Shown here: in pieces, positions 24,768-38,417 of the stretch
How positions within the stretch are numbered: the stretch's first letter is position 1
Layout: the number at the start of each line of letters is the position of its first letter
Assembly: GCA_964016885.1 (NCBI GenBank)
Contig: OZ024741.1
Coordinates: forward strand, 322,400,001 to 322,464,000
Length of the DNA: 64,000 nt
Reading direction: 5' to 3'
Source: Eledone cirrhosa
Taxonomy: Eukaryota
Notes under the pieces: model-generated
What the model was told of the DNA's origin: nothing
The model's database searches: none
What the model saw: only the letters and a program-made list of their open reading frames with translations
Position numbers and translations under genes: made by a program

Positions 24768-25265
24768 ATCTTTACATGGTTAAATGTAGGCCATTTGAAT
24801 TGATCAAGTAGTTCTTTCTTTCGTTCTCTCTTTATGTTTTTGTTTTTGCTATTTCTTCCTTCTCCCTTACATTATACGGTCGATTCACCAGCCGACAGAG
24901 GCCGCCATCTTTGTTCTGTGAAAGGCGTCAAAAAGATCGACACTAAATAAAAGGAAATGGGCGCTAAAACACTATTTGCTGAACAGGCTTATTTACTGGC
25001 TATATTGACATACTAAAACACAATCATAGAACAACAACTACACCAACAACAACTACACCAACTAAGAAAAAAACAACAACAAATAAAGCTAAACAACGTT
25101 GCTGTTTGTTTCATTTTTCTCATTACTATTGTTGTTATTGTTGTTGTTGCAAGGCTAGCAAGAATGGACACACACACTTATATGTATATATATATATATA
25201 CATATATAGTTTGTTATGGTGTAAGAGAACTAGCACTCAGTCAATGATAGTGCTGCATTGTGTGT

Positions 25266-25349
<84 letters not shown>

Positions 25350-25524
25350 TCTCTCTCTCGCTCTCTCTCTCTCTCTTTCTCTGTATATGTGTGTATGGTT
25401 GGCCAAGTTACTTAACTCATAACGAAGTCCTCTTAGCTTTAAATACTAAGCAGAGTAATGTACAGTCCACCAAGCTTTACATAGGTAATACAGTTATGTT
25501 GGCCCTGCATACATACTTGTGATT

Positions 25525-26480
25525 AGGCGTGGCTTAGTGGTTGGAGTGAATGGAATGAGTTGGATGATTCTCAGCGGTGCGTTGTCCTTGAGCAAGACCT
25601 TTTAATATAACTAGCTGATGAAAATAAGATGTACGTGTACCTATGTATAACGGAATACTCCTTCATTTTACCGGCGAAGATTCGAAACCGAATCTGAGGT
25701 TTCTCGCCTCTGGGACCACCCATTATTGGAAGGTTCCCACCATTGTCCTGTCAAGACAACGATGATAAACGTACATACTACTTGACCTGTGACCCCAGAT
25801 TCCTGGGAGACGATATCCACATTGCTGATCATAAATCAACCTCATATACACACCCTTCTAGCTATAAGGTTATTATAAATACAACGACTTAGGAAACCAA
25901 AGAGACAGACCGAAGGAACAGTCGGTGAGAGATAGCCATGTAGGCATCAGCAGACCTTTTACTCTTTCTCTCTCCTGGCCCTTACTGGCTCTCACCTGAT
26001 CGGCCACAGACACAGCCAGACAGCCGGACATGAAGCAGCAGTCCTTGAGACGAATAATATATTCTAAGAATAGACCCCCCCCCCATACACACATATATAG
26101 CAAGTTCCTATTGTTTACTACATTCTACGCTCATTCTATTCTTCCGCCTCACTGTGATATTGTAAAGTCGTATTGATACATACATTCACGCTAGCTCGTA
26201 GTAGCTAGCCAGTAATTAATGTAGCGATAAATTCTGTCACATATTGTTATTGCAAAATAAACATTGTTAACATCACAATCAGGGCATTATTCTTTTCATC
26301 AAACATCCACACTCAGAATAACATTTTATACGCTACATGTATTTCAAAAGACCAGCCTTGTCACACAGTAAGTTACGGTAATTATCCCTTGGAAGTATGT
26401 TAAGAGTACACGTGTTTGTGGAATGAAATGCTCAACCACTTGCAAGTTAATTTTTCGTGTAGACTGTTCCGTTGATCCAA
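25525..26480 (+). mobile_element. Decayed tRNA-derived SINE interrupted by an LTR-like insert
   Basis: Head aggcgtggcttagtggtt and core gtccttgagcaagac on the left; body resumes at tgtatttcaaaagaccagccttgtcacac (~26338). Confidence 0.5.
25644..26332 (+). mobile_element. Possible solo LTR
   Basis: TGTATAA...TTATAC(G) inverted termini, internal TATAAATA (~25874) and AATAAA (~26256), inserted in a SINE; TSD imperfect. Confidence 0.4.
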
Positions 26481-26866
26481 TATCTGGAATACTCATGGTC
26501 GAAGCAGAGGGAGGTCCAACATTTTAAACATGATAAAAGGCTTTCATATCGGTTTATGTTGGAAGATTTCTTGGTATCGAGCTCAGAGAGGGAGAAGTAG
26601 GTAAACAACGAAGGCCACGTGTTGTCCTTCTCCCCTCGGAAAATCCCCCTGTCGATGGATATAAAATCCAAAATATAGGGACTATTAAATCGCTTCCAAG
26701 TTAACTCTATCTTTTGTTGTTTTTTTTACACCTTTCTTACGTTCTTTTACGTTCTCTACGTCTCTTTCTACGTTTCCTCCTACTTCTCCCTCTCTCAGCT
26801 CAATATCACCTGATTTTGTTACCCGGAGATTTACCCATCTGCGTTGTTGAGGCTTCCCAAACGACT
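26480..26866 (+). mobile_element. Decayed PLE-type 3' fragment with degenerate HHR (26645-26681)
   Basis: cccc-CTGTCGA-T-GGAT-ATAAA-ATCC-AAAA-TATA-ggga; ends at (AT)n. Confidence 0.55.
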
Positions 26867-27129
26867 ATTATATATATATATATGCGGTAAATTCTATGAG
26901 TTGATAATACGATAGTAAGGCATTCAGATATTTGAAGCTCACATGTGGCGCATTCTATATCAAGATTAGTGAAAGTATTTCAGAAGTAAATCCAGTTAGT
27001 ATACTTCCGGTGATCTTAGATTTATAATCACAAAGCATATATTAACACAAGTCATAGATCGCCATGGTTCAATAATTAATAGATTTTTTATTTGATCTAA
27101 ATATGTTTCATTCTCTAAAAATATTCTTT

Positions 27130-27207
<78 letters not shown>

Positions 27208-27214
<7 letters not shown>

Positions 27215-27659
27215 ATACTTGGGGAGGATCATATTTGTGTAATAATATTGCCAGAATTAATAACAGAACACACTCACTGTTTGGTTGGTTTTCGCTTCTG
27301 TGTCTTTTATATCTGTCAATTTAATTTATTCGGTCCTCAATGTTACCATTGACTACCCAACGGTAAAAAATACAGATATAATATAGACACAAACACATAT
27401 ATATAGTCTAATACACTATATATATATGTGTTTGTGTCTATATTATATCTGTAATTTTGACCGTTGGGCAGTCAATGGTAACATTGAGGACCGAATAAAT
27501 TAAATTGACCGATATGAAAGACACAGAATCGAAAACCAACTAAACAGTGAGTGTGTTCTGTTATTAATTCTGGCAATATTATTACACAAATATGACCCTC
27601 CCCAAGTATAACAATATTTGTTTCGACACACCATTTCATATCAAAAACCTCGCAAAACT
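27208..27659. mobile_element. ~200-bp inverted repeat with one-sided tail; relative of the PLE family at 29669-32660
   Basis: 27208-27406 is the imperfect reverse complement of 27417-27616; shared terminus tgaccctccc..aagtataacaata and a related tail gtttc(g/a)acacac. Confidence 0.8.
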
Positions 27660-27671
27660 ATATATATATAT

Positions 27672-29606
27672 ATAATGGTGACTATTTATTTTGCTATTTT
27701 GCTGGCATTGTTGGCTTATCCAATATCTACTCTGCTTGAGGTGGTGAGCAGCAATTAACATTTAATTAATTGAAATTACAGGTTTAATGATGAAAAAAGA
27801 AAGCCATCAGCGTTAATGAAGTTTCCTTCACATGTGGTTGGTAGAACTCTCAAACACTTCAATGAATACCAAAAATTGATTTTAATGGTGATAATATGGA
27901 GAGGATGGAAGTGGTGAGGGTGATGGAAGCGGTGGAGGTGGTGGAGCAAGTTTGATTTTTGGCAGCCATGTTTCCTCAGCGAAGCTTAACCCACGCACAG
28001 TATCCAAGTAGTTAGAACGACAAACAAGTGTAGTGTTATGTGCGAAGAACATTTACTGATTAGTTAAATAGATATAATGACATTGGAAAGTTTCCCAAGA
28101 GTGCCTTCTGCACGAAGAACATACAGTTAGATACAGACTAGTGAGCCGAAAATAAGAATTTAATTAATTGAAATTAGAGTCCTAATAATTAGAAAACGTC
28201 ATTAGCGTTACGAAATATTGTTCTCTCAAAGGAAAGAACTACTGAAAATTTCAGTCAAACCAAAATGAAATTTTAATCTGGTCTTTGACAACTCTGATGA
28301 GAATTCCAGCTGGTTTACTTTCATTTTTAACTTTATTTTCATTTTTATTTTTATTTTCACTTCACATCCACAAGTGACCCACCCCCCATCCCTACTTTTT
28401 GATTCACTTACCTAATATCTTCACATTCCACACTTTACTTCCCCATTTTCTTTCACTACCTGATATCTTGTCACTTGCGTTTTCAACTCCAGATATATCC
28501 TGTTGTTTCTCAGCCGCTTTTATATTTGTATTTCTTTTTTTCATATGGCTGGTCTATAATTTGTATCTATGCGTGTGAATGTGTATGCGCCTCCGTATGT
28601 GTGCGTGTGTGTGTCTAAATGTGTAGCATGTGTGTTTTTATATCTATATTTATACGAGTGTGTGTATGTGGGTGAACGTATGTGTATAAGTAGTATATAT
28701 ATATGTATATGTATATGTATGTATGTGTGTGTATGCATATATGTATGTATATAGTCGCGTACGTACGTGTGCTTAGATATACGTGTGCCGATATATATAT
28801 ATGTGTGCTTCGTGTGTATGTATGTACGTATGCATGCACTTTTTCCCGTACGTATTCATATATATATATTTTTATACGTATGTGTGCGTACGTGCGAACC
28901 TCTGTTTGTTTTCTTTTTCTCTAGTGTTAATTTATAATTGATAACCCCTCCTTCTTACGTTCTCTTTGATTTAAACATAATTTTTTTCTTTCTCATATAT
29001 TGTTTCATTTTTATATGTATCGAATATGACACTCTTTTTGACTAATACATTCCCTTCCCTTTTTATCTTCCGCATATAAATGAGCGCGCGTGTGTGTGTG
29101 TTTATACGCGTGCTTTCGTACTTGTATGTGTATATATTTAATAACTAAATCTGGATGTACATTATTTTTCAACTTATATTATATACGTATTGGTCACGCA
29201 TACACTATTATGCTTGCCCTCATATACGTACTTACGCACATACACATTTTCACTATACACATGCATTTGTACATACACACATATGTACATTTGTGAGTGA
29301 ATATATACACATTTATACATATACCCTAACTATATTTCCTTATTTTTATATATCTCTTTCTTTATATTTTTTTGCCAGTTAAATTCTTGCCTTTCTTGGG
29401 GAGATTTTTAAACATTTCACTACATTTTAAATTGCCTTGTCCGATGAACGAATGAGGGCGTTTTTCGTATTCGTCTTATTCGGGAAACCTCTGGTAATGA
29501 GGTAATTATATTGTATTGTTTATTATACATTAAATTTAGCTCTGGTACTTACATAGAGCACTCTTCACTCCTATGACTTTTTCAATTTTCAACGGAAGCT
29601 TCAATA

Positions 29607-29609
<3 letters not shown>
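27672..29609 (+). mobile_element. Old PLE-like remnant with long low-complexity 3' region and terminal HHR
   Basis: Bounded by (AT)n; HHR about 100 bp before the 3' end; internal diverged duplication (~27760-27885 vs ~28158-28280). The 5' boundary is uncertain. Confidence 0.4.
29430..29507 (+). ncRNA. Type-I hammerhead motif (U4C core variant)
   Basis: AATTGCCTTGT-CCGATGA-A-CGAATGAGGGCG-loop-CGTCTTATTCG-G-GAAA-CC-TCT-GGT-A-ATGAGGTAATT; 11-bp stem I with G-U pairs. Confidence 0.75.
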
Positions 29610-29675
<66 letters not shown>

Positions 29676-29823
29676 ATGCTTTGGGAGGGTCATGTTGCCA
29701 ATAAGAAACACACGCACCAGTTGCTTTCATTCCAATTTATTATAAGTTAAATTTATAAATTTAAGAATTTATAAATTTCCGGTTGGTTGGTTGGTTCCAC
29801 AACCGGACAGTTGTTCATATATT

Positions 29824-29866
29824 GTCAAAGTTTTTTCGTCACACATTCTGTGACCTCTTCAGTGAC
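29824..29866 (-). ncRNA. Type-I hammerhead motif in the PLE 3' UTR (left arm)
   Basis: Reverse complement GTCA-CTGAAGA-G-GTCACA-GAATG-TGTGAC-GAAA-AAAC-T-T-TGAC. Confidence 0.75.
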
Positions 29867-30071
29867 TGGGGATTCTTTTCTTTGTTTTTGTGCCTCTCCT
29901 TTGTTCTGCCCTACGCCATCTTGTTTTTTTGTGTGTGTTGTGTGCTTAGTTTGCGCATGTGTTATATCCGGGTGTCTGTGTGTGTTTATATTTGTTTATT
30001 TATCTGTTTATTTACATGTTACTAGTTGGTTGTTTGTTCTATGTGTGTGTGTGTGTGTTTTCATTTTGTCC

Positions 30072-31753
30072 TTAATTGTAAGTTGTGATGTTGCTATTCC
30101 ATTCATGTTTTCTATTTAATTTTGGTTGGAGTTCATTTATGTCTATTGCCTCTGTGATTTGTCTAAACATTGCGTCTTTTCTGTGTGTAGATTCTATTTT
30201 TATTTCTGTGTTCTCTAGTTTACCCTTATGTTCTATTTTAGCATGTTGGTGGTGTACAGATGATTCTTTTCTATCTTGAAGCTCTCGCCAGTATTCATTT
30301 ATCCGTTCTCCTATACTACGAGCAGTCTCACCTATGTACACTATATTCTTATCTCTACATTGTCCTTCAATACATCTTATGCTATATACTACATTTCTAG
30401 TTTTACAGTTAATATGGGGGCTTAGTTTACAGATTATACATTTCTTATCTATACAGGGAGGTCTTTGAAAAGGGTATGTCTTGCTAATAAGTGTTTTTAT
30501 AGAGGTACCTGGTCTTTCTACTATCTTAATATTGAGTTTATGTTTATCTAGGCCCCTTCTAAATTTGTAAGCTAATTCACTTCTAAGGGTTGTATTGATG
30601 AACACTCTGCTATTTATTGCTATCATACTATGAGTTTATTCTATTAACCTTATTCCTAGTTCTTTCTATTCTATTCCAAAATTTGCTCCTATACAAGGAG
30701 CAAGTCCCATTTGTGTCATAATTTACCATTTTTTTCCCATTTGGTTCTGGCTCCTCTATATACTCTGATTTTATCTCTCTGATTGTAACCAGAAAACTGC
30801 ATACGGTGGATGAAGTGTTGTATGTGTCTCTCTAGTTCTTTGGGGTTGCACATGCGGGACACGTTTCTCATCACCCGTACCAAATCCGCAATCAGTATGT
30901 TGATTTTGGTGTGGTCCGAAAGAGATGAGTTTCGGTGGATCAGATATTTGGAAGTCATGGGTTTGGCATAATGGGAATGGAGGATTTGTTTTTTGTTATT
31001 AATGGTTTCTAACCAGAGCTCTGTGTCTAGTACAAGTAATCGATGGTTGGGGTGTTTGCTTGGGTAGTCTATAGTAACTCTAATACTCTGGTGGATGGAG
31101 TTAGCTATTTGCTGGATGCTTTCCATGGTGTTTTTCTCTAATTCCTGACTGTTCTCTAGTGGGGGTGTTTTTACTACGATGTTTATATCATCAACGTAGC
31201 GGGAGTACATTATCAGGGTTAAGAGGTCTTCTAATTGTTCTTTAAGTTTAAGTTTAAGTCTACTGTCCCACCATACCATGAATAGGTTAGCTATGTCACC
31301 TGCAATGCTAACACCAATGGCTGCTCCTTCCTCTTGGGCATATGTTTTTCCAATAAATTTGAACATATGTTCCTTAAGGGTTAGTTTTAAACTGGCCCCC
31401 ATCGCATGTTCAATCATTTTCTTTAGTTCATCGACGTTTTCGGGGGTCCGTATGGCTCTGGTTCACCCGTTCTATCTTTCTGTGTGGGTTTTCTTGGCCA
31501 TTGAGGTAATGGTAGGTGGTCTGCCTCTTGCTGGTCTTGTAGGGCACAGGTTGCTAAGGTCATATGTATCTAGATAATCATTACTATAGGTAAGTTTAAG
31601 TATGAGTCCCAGCTCACTGGTATCAATCCTACGGAATTCAACATTGCTCTCACTGATCATTTCTACGCATTTCTCCACAGCAAAATCCACGTCAATGGAT
31701 GGATATAGAGACACAACATCCATACTACCTATTATACAGTCTGTTAGGTCCCT
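30072..31753 (-). pseudogene. Frameshifted PLE RT + GIY-YIG endonuclease fragment
   Basis: ORFs 31472-31789, 30716-31417 and 30072-30626. Confidence 0.88.
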
Positions 31754-32406
31754 AGATAGTAGAAAGACCAGGTACCTCCATAAAAACACTTATTAGCAAT
31801 ACATACCCTTTTCAAAGACCTCCCTGTATAGATAAGAAATGTATAATCTGTAAACTAAGCCCCCATATTAACTGTAAAACTAGAAATGTAGTATATAGCA
31901 TAAGATGTACTGAAGGACAATGTAGAGATAAGAATATAGTGTACATAGGTGAGACAGCTCGTAGTCTAGGAGACGGATAAATGAACACTGGCTAGAGCTT
32001 CAAGATAGTAAAGAATCATCTGTACGCCACCAACATGATAAAATAGAACATAAGGGCAAATTAGAGAACAGAAATGAAAATAGAATCTACACACAGAAAA
32101 GACGCAATGTTTAGACAAATCACAGAGGCAATAAACATAAATGAACTCCAACCAAAATTAAATAGAAAACATGAATGGAATAGCAACATCACAACTTACA
32201 ATTAAGGACAAAATTAAAATACACACACATAGAATAAACAACCAACCACTAACATGTAAATAAACAGATAAATAAACAAATATAAACACACACAGACACC
32301 CGGATGTAACACATGCGCAAACTAAGCACACAACACACACAAAAAAAAACAAGATGGCGTAGGACAGAACAAAGGAGAGGCACAAAAACAAAGAAAAGAA
32401 TCCCCA

Positions 32407-32449
32407 CTCACTAAAGAGGTCACAGAATGTGTGACGAAAGAACTTTGAC
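32407..32449 (+). ncRNA. Mutated copy of the same hammerhead (right arm, core CTAAAGA)
   Basis: CTCA-CTAAAGA-G-GTCACA-GAATG-TGTGAC-GAAA-GAAC-T-T-TGAC. Confidence 0.6.
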
Positions 32450-32675
32450 AATATATGAACAACCGTCCGGTTGTGGAACCAACCAATCAACCGGAAATTT
32501 ATAAATTCTTAAATTTATGAATTTAACTTATAATAAATTGGAATGAAAGCAACTGGTGCGTGTGTTTCTTATTGGCAACATGACCCTCCCAAAGCATAAC
32601 AATATCGGTTTCAACACACGTTTTCAGATAAAGGATCTTGCTAAACAAATTCAGAAACGAAATATATATATATAT

Positions 32676-32708
<33 letters not shown>

Positions 32709-32755
32709 ATATATATATATATATATAATATATATAATATATATATATATAATAT

Positions 32756-32787
<32 letters not shown>

Positions 32788-32824
32788 ATATATATATATA
32801 TATATAATATATATATATATATAA

Positions 32825-33139
<315 letters not shown>

Positions 33140-33144
33140 TATCT

Positions 33145-35759
33145 GTATATATCTGTGCCATAGTATTCTCAGGGCTCAACTTGCTCAACTTGCTCAACAG
33201 GAGATCAGAAATCTTCTCGTCCTGCCCCCATACCATACTTAGCTCTTTCTTTTTCTTCAGACCGGACACATAGCCATGACACCACCCAGTCCTGCACGTG
33301 GCGGCCCCGCTGGCGTATAGGGTGCTCTGTGGTAACCCCGGCCGCATGGATGCCTCGGCTCCCCGATTGGCGATGGGGACTCTGGTGAGGAACAGACGAC
33401 CCTGTGTCCCAATTGCCAACCTGGGATTGGTGGCAACACTGTTGCTGGGCACCCTGGGGGCAGCTGATGCCTGCGATGCAGGACATCGTGATGGCCTGGA
33501 ACCACGTTGACTAATCTGAGAGGGTGCCGTCGGAGATGTATGTCAACAAACTCGATAACTGCCTAGGGAAACAGTAACAAAACACCCAATATGGCGGCCG
33601 CTCCCTGCCTATAGCCACTCACCCCCACCCCCTCCCTTAGTAAACCCCCGCCCAAATAGATGCCCCCCCCCATTCTTTTGAGCTGGTTCTTTATTATCAG
33701 TGATTAGCTCTTTACTAATAGGAATTTTTTTTTTTTTGTATTTCACCACGGTCGACATAATGGGCTTGGAGAGTTGACTCCCTTGAAGTCTGACCACTCG
33801 ATAAGTTAGGGGTTGTGCCCCTTGAGCAGGGGTGTGTATAGCTGGTCTACCTGCTGTCTGCTACTACCCGAGACTGGACACGGTCGTAGCCACAGGCCAG
33901 CGCGTGCGCGATAGCATAGAATGTATATTTTCTGCTGGTCACCCCGTGTAATATGATACCCTAAGATTCCATGCTTGAGATTCACCGAAGCATGCGCAGT
34001 CTTAACCGGGAGATGACATGCAAACTTGAAAGTACCACAAGCGAGACCCTCTGGATAACGTAGACGCAGGACCATACCCGCAAATACATACCCTGATCTG
34101 TCTTGAATATACAGAGCTGACGGAATATGGATAACACGACCACCATCTAAGCTGAGACCGACCCATACAGCAAACAAAGAGAGGACAGCCCTTCGCTTTT
34201 GACCAGTCGCGTGTGGACTTGGAGTTCGTAATATACCACCCCAGTCAAATCCACACTGGTTTTTTAACAACATAGCATGTAGACCAATACATCCTGCGTA
34301 GCGAAACCTTGGACTTAGAACCGGCAGGCTCGTCTATCGCGAAAGCGTTCAACCCCTGAAACTGAAAGATCGAACGGACCACATCCGGCAACCACTGGCT
34401 ATTAGATCCACAGGTACATCTCCCAGAGAGTCCACGCAGATAATAGTGAACCCCAGGTGATCTATGAACGTTTAAACAAGACCAGCTGCACCTGGAGCTA
34501 TGCAGATGACTGCATACGCATAATGGATATCGTGCCTGGAGCTATGCAGGGGACTGCATAGGCAGAATGGATATCGCGCCCACACGGTCACCAGTACTGT
34601 TCATCCTGTTATATTTTTGTAATAATTTTATGATAATTTTGTAATAATTTTGCGATAATTTTATGATAATTTGATAATTTTGTAATGATTTTGTGGTAAT
34701 TTTGTGATGATTTGATAATTTTGTAATGATTTTGTGGTAATTTTGTAATAATTTTGTAATAATTTTTAATCCTGTATCAATAATTTTAGAATGTTTTTTT
34801 GTGATAATACATATACCTTCTTAAAGATACATTTTATGATTATTGTCTTTTTGCTTATGTATTTTCTTAGTTACCACTTTCTTTAATCTTGCCCAACTTG
34901 ATAAACTCCTTGAATTGCTCCCTAATTAAATTACTTAAATTGCTTAGATTATTGTATCTATTATGCCTAAGTTGTATCTGTTGAAGCAGCCCTTTGAAAA
35001 TTCCTCGGATATCCCAAATACCGTAATTTTTAATTTTTAACTTTTAATGTATAACTTTCCTCAATTCGTTTTTATATTTATCCTTAAAGGCTCTCTAAAA
35101 TTTTAATTCTTCGAAGGGTCTCTCGGAAGAAGTTCCTATTGCAAATATTAAAGGGGCCTTTTCTGAGAGATTTATGGAAGGCTCTCTGAATTAACCTCTA
35201 ATTGATTAGTTTCTTTCAACTTAGTTTTCAATTCAGTTTTCTGAATTTTGTAAACGTGATCTCGGGGAAAGAAGGTTTTTTTTCTTTCGGAAAAATTTTT
35301 TTTTTCTCTAGAAGAAATTTCATAGGAACTTTATATATTTTTTAGGGAAACTTTATATTTTTATTTTCTTATTTTATTAGCCTCCTAATTTTCTTCTAGA
35401 CTAATAGGTTTATTGGAGCCTGTAAGCTTTATGCACTCATTGAGGGATTTTCTAAGGTGCTTCTGCGGGACCCCAAGTCTTTTAGTTTAATGTTGATGCG
35501 TAAATTATATATTTTTGTCTAATTTTTAAACTTCAGTCCCTGACCCCGACAACTAATATAAAAGAGCCCCCCTTAAAGCGGAGTTGCTGATGTATACAAC
35601 AATTTCAAACTGCTAGCCCTGAGTGATACGTTGATGTAAATAATGATCTTGCAATCACATGTTATATGCCTTGATAAGTCCCACCATGGGATCGGACGAA
35701 ACGGCTGTCGGCAATAAACTTGTTATAATGTCATAATAGTTCCTTTGTTCTTTTTCACT
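33145..35759 (+). mobile_element. 2.6-kb apparently non-coding element in (AT)n ending in HHR + AATAAA
   Basis: GC-richer 5' half and T-rich 3' half with minisatellites (34491-34578, 34612-34770); 3' layout matches the PLE ends in this window; no recognisable ORF. Confidence 0.55.
35661..35719 (+). ncRNA. Type-I hammerhead with compensatory U3-A8 core pair
   Basis: TGCC-TTGATAA-GTCC-CACCATGGGATC-GGAC-GAAA-C-GGCT-GT-C-GGCA-ATAAA. Confidence 0.8.
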
Positions 35760-36164
35760 AATATATATATATATCTGTATGTATATTACTAAAATACCAT
35801 GTCATAAAAATAATTTGACTAGCAATTCACTCTTTACCTCTTTCAGTTTGATCGTGTGTGCGTAATTTGTGTGTGTGTGTGCGTGCGTAAATGATGTACT
35901 GCTCCTTGGAATTTAAATGCTAAACTTGATTGCTGGAATAACACACACTTTTCTTTTATTTCACCAAGTCTGAGCCAAACACCTTAACCACTATGGCATG
36001 TGCCTTCAATATATCAGAAGCACTATTTTTAATAAAGAAATAATTAGTAAATTTACTAAATACATAAAAAAGGGGGAGTCAATCGTCAGATCAGGCCAAG
36101 AACACTATGTTTTCATTGGTCTTTCCATTGCTGGTAATATCTTCTGGTCGCAACTCCTGGCAGA

Positions 36165-36410
36165 AGGTGGTGGAATTTGAATTTAGAATGCACAGAGACG
36201 GGTGAATTACAACATCGCATTTTACCCCTCTCTTTCACAAATCTGCCAATCCACTGCCCTTGGATAGATACTTTAGTTTATCGACCCTGAAAAGATAAAT
36301 GGTAAAGTTGAACACGAATGGAATTTGAACACAGAACACATTGTGCCGGAACATATATATCGAAGTCCTTAATCAGACACTTTAATGACTCGCCCAATTT
36401 GCTGCGCCTC
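36165..36410 (-). mobile_element. Decayed SINE fragments
   Basis: tttatcgaccctgaaaagataaatggtaaagttgaac...gaatttgaac resembles the SINE at 59165-59355. Confidence 0.5.
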
Positions 36411-36771
36411 CAAATATTTCATTAATTCATTCAAACAATGAGTATTTCATTAGAAATATGGTAGGTAATGAAAGGGTAAAACCTGATTGATTACAGGTGA
36501 CCTTCTAACAGGTACATTCGATTAACACACACATATGATACCAGTCTATTGGTTCCTTCTGTCTTCAGTACTTGTGTTGATAGTTAGATATATAATATCT
36601 TGGTTTCCTGGAGACAACTGTTCAAAATAAACTTCATTTCTAACATAACATCTTCACATTGAAGCTAATCACTCATCTTATGTACTCTATATCGTCACGG
36701 CTCTTTTCGTGTATGCTTGCATATATATCTATATCTATATACTCATACATACATGCATACATACACACATA

Positions 36772-36831
<60 letters not shown>

Positions 36832-37990
36832 CCAGCAGCAGTACCCAGCGTTGCCTGGGTAGGTAAAATAATATCTGCTTTGATGAAAAGGTGTCGATCT
36901 TAGCGACTGCGTCTCGATGACTCATCTATGGCCACACACAGGCCATGCGGGGGAGGGTAGTGATGACCTGTATCACTGAGAAACGCGGGTGACTGACGAA
37001 GGGGCATTCTGGGGAGGGAGGTAATGACCTCTAACACTAAGCCAAATTTCCTCACGCTACTTGATTGGAAACCGATGAATTCTCAAATACACAACTAAAA
37101 GCTCAGACGATGTCAGGCTATCGTTTTGCTTTTGACCATCTATAAGATGTGCAATGATAGGTTCTATCGTAGTATAAAAGTTGAACCAAATAAATTGATT
37201 TATGTGTGAGGTGGAGCCAAAGTTTCGAATTTGAACGAAATCGGTTGAAAAATGTGGGAGCTAATGATAGGTCGTCGTCCCTGAACAAAAAATGAAAAGT
37301 GTAAAGCTACTATAAGATGTGCAATAATAGGTTCTATCGTAGTATAAAAGTTGAACCAAATAAATTGATTTATGTGTGAGGTGGAGCCGAAGTTTGAATT
37401 TGAACGAAATTGGTTGAAAAATGTGGGAGCTAGAGCCGAAAAGGCGGAAATTTGAGCGAAAAGGTAGTATTTTCGAATATTTAAGCGGCTGCCACGCCGT
37501 TCCTGAACAAAAAAATCCAAAAATCCAAAATGTAAAGCCACTTTAAGACGTGAAATAATCAGATCTAGCGTGGTGTAAAATTTGAACAAAGTAGGTTGAT
37601 TAATGTGGGAGATAGAGCCGAAAAAGTTAGATAGAGCGGAAATTTGAGTCTAAAAGTGGTATTTTTGAATATTTAAGCGGCTGCCATGCCGTTCCTGAAC
37701 AACAAATGCAAAATATAAAGCCATTACAGAATGTGCAATGATAAATTCTATTTTGCTTTAAAATTTGAACGAAATCGGTGGCAAAATGTGGGAGCTAGAG
37801 CCAAAAATCTTATTTTTATCTGCAGAATGACCCCGGAATAAAAAAAAACGGTACGCTGATATATAGAAAACACTCCCCGATGACTAATCTATGAGCCTTT
37901 AAAGTTTCATGAAAATCGGTCGTAAGATGTAGGCCCCTATAGGTAATACACAGACACACACACACATACTTAATTTTATATATATACAGA
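36832..37990 (-). mobile_element. Non-autonomous Helitron-like element with internal tandem duplications
   Basis: Minus strand starts A|TC, ends ACCCAG-GCAACG-CTGGGT hairpin then CTGG|T (CTRR). Internal ~171-bp repeat (37139-37310 / 37310-37432) plus further diverged copies. Confidence 0.7.
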
Positions 37991-38180
37991 TATACACCCA
38001 GTATAGCACATGCGTAGCCCAAGTACACAGCTCACAAAAGCTAGATGGTGTAAGACAGAACAAAGGAGAGACACAAAGAAACAGCAAAAGTATTCAACAA
38101 GGGGGTCACAGAATGTATGACGAAACAACTCTGATAATACCGTGTAACATATTTTTTGTTCCCCGGTTCTAAGTGTCATT
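37991..38180 (+). mobile_element. Diverged PLE 3' UTR fragment; terminus probably resumes at ~40145-40206
   Basis: Similar to 32295-32475, including the HHR remnant ggtcacagaatgtatgacgaaa; terminal ttattggc..catgaccc..aaagtataacaata at 40166-40206. Confidence 0.65.
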
Positions 38181-38216
38181 TCATGGTTTGTTATATCCCA
38201 TTATTATAAAAAAAAC

Positions 38217-38410
38217 AGGGTGGTGAATTGGCAGTATCGGTAGAGGGTCGGACGCTATGCTTTACAGCACAGATACGTCCCTTTACGATGTGAGTTCAAA
38301 TCCCGCCGAGGTTAACTTTGCCTTTCATCCTTACGGGGTCGATAAAATAAAGTACCAGTAATGCACTGGGTAATTGCTGGCCTTGTGTCAAATGTAGAAA
38401 CAATTATTAT
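38217..38410 (+). mobile_element. tRNA-derived SINE; other copies at 43708-43898 (+) and 59165-59355 (-)
   Basis: A-box-like TGGCAGTATCGG, B box GTTCAAATCC, shared body ctttgcctttcatccttacggggtcgata. Confidence 0.85.
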
Positions 38411-38417
38411 AAAAAAA

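Larger units (their letters stand above)
29669..32660 (-). mobile_element. 5'-truncated Penelope-like element with ~850-bp inverted partial copy and one-sided tail
   Basis: RT (GSMDVVSLYPSI, YAQEEGAAIG, YSRYVDDI) and GIY-YIG (NVVYSIRC...VYIGETARSIGERINE). 31754-32604 is an inverted copy of 29669-30526. (AT)n on both sides. Confidence 0.92.

Noticed and set aside
28294-28320. Isolated CTGATGA (also 22136 and 25615)
   Set aside because: No matching stem II plus GAAA downstream.
30716-30718. TGA in the PLE ORF as possible selenocysteine (as in some Naiad PLEs)
   Set aside because: Homology continues in another frame (GTCSLYRSKFWNR), so this is a frameshift; the domain order is also RT then endonuclease.
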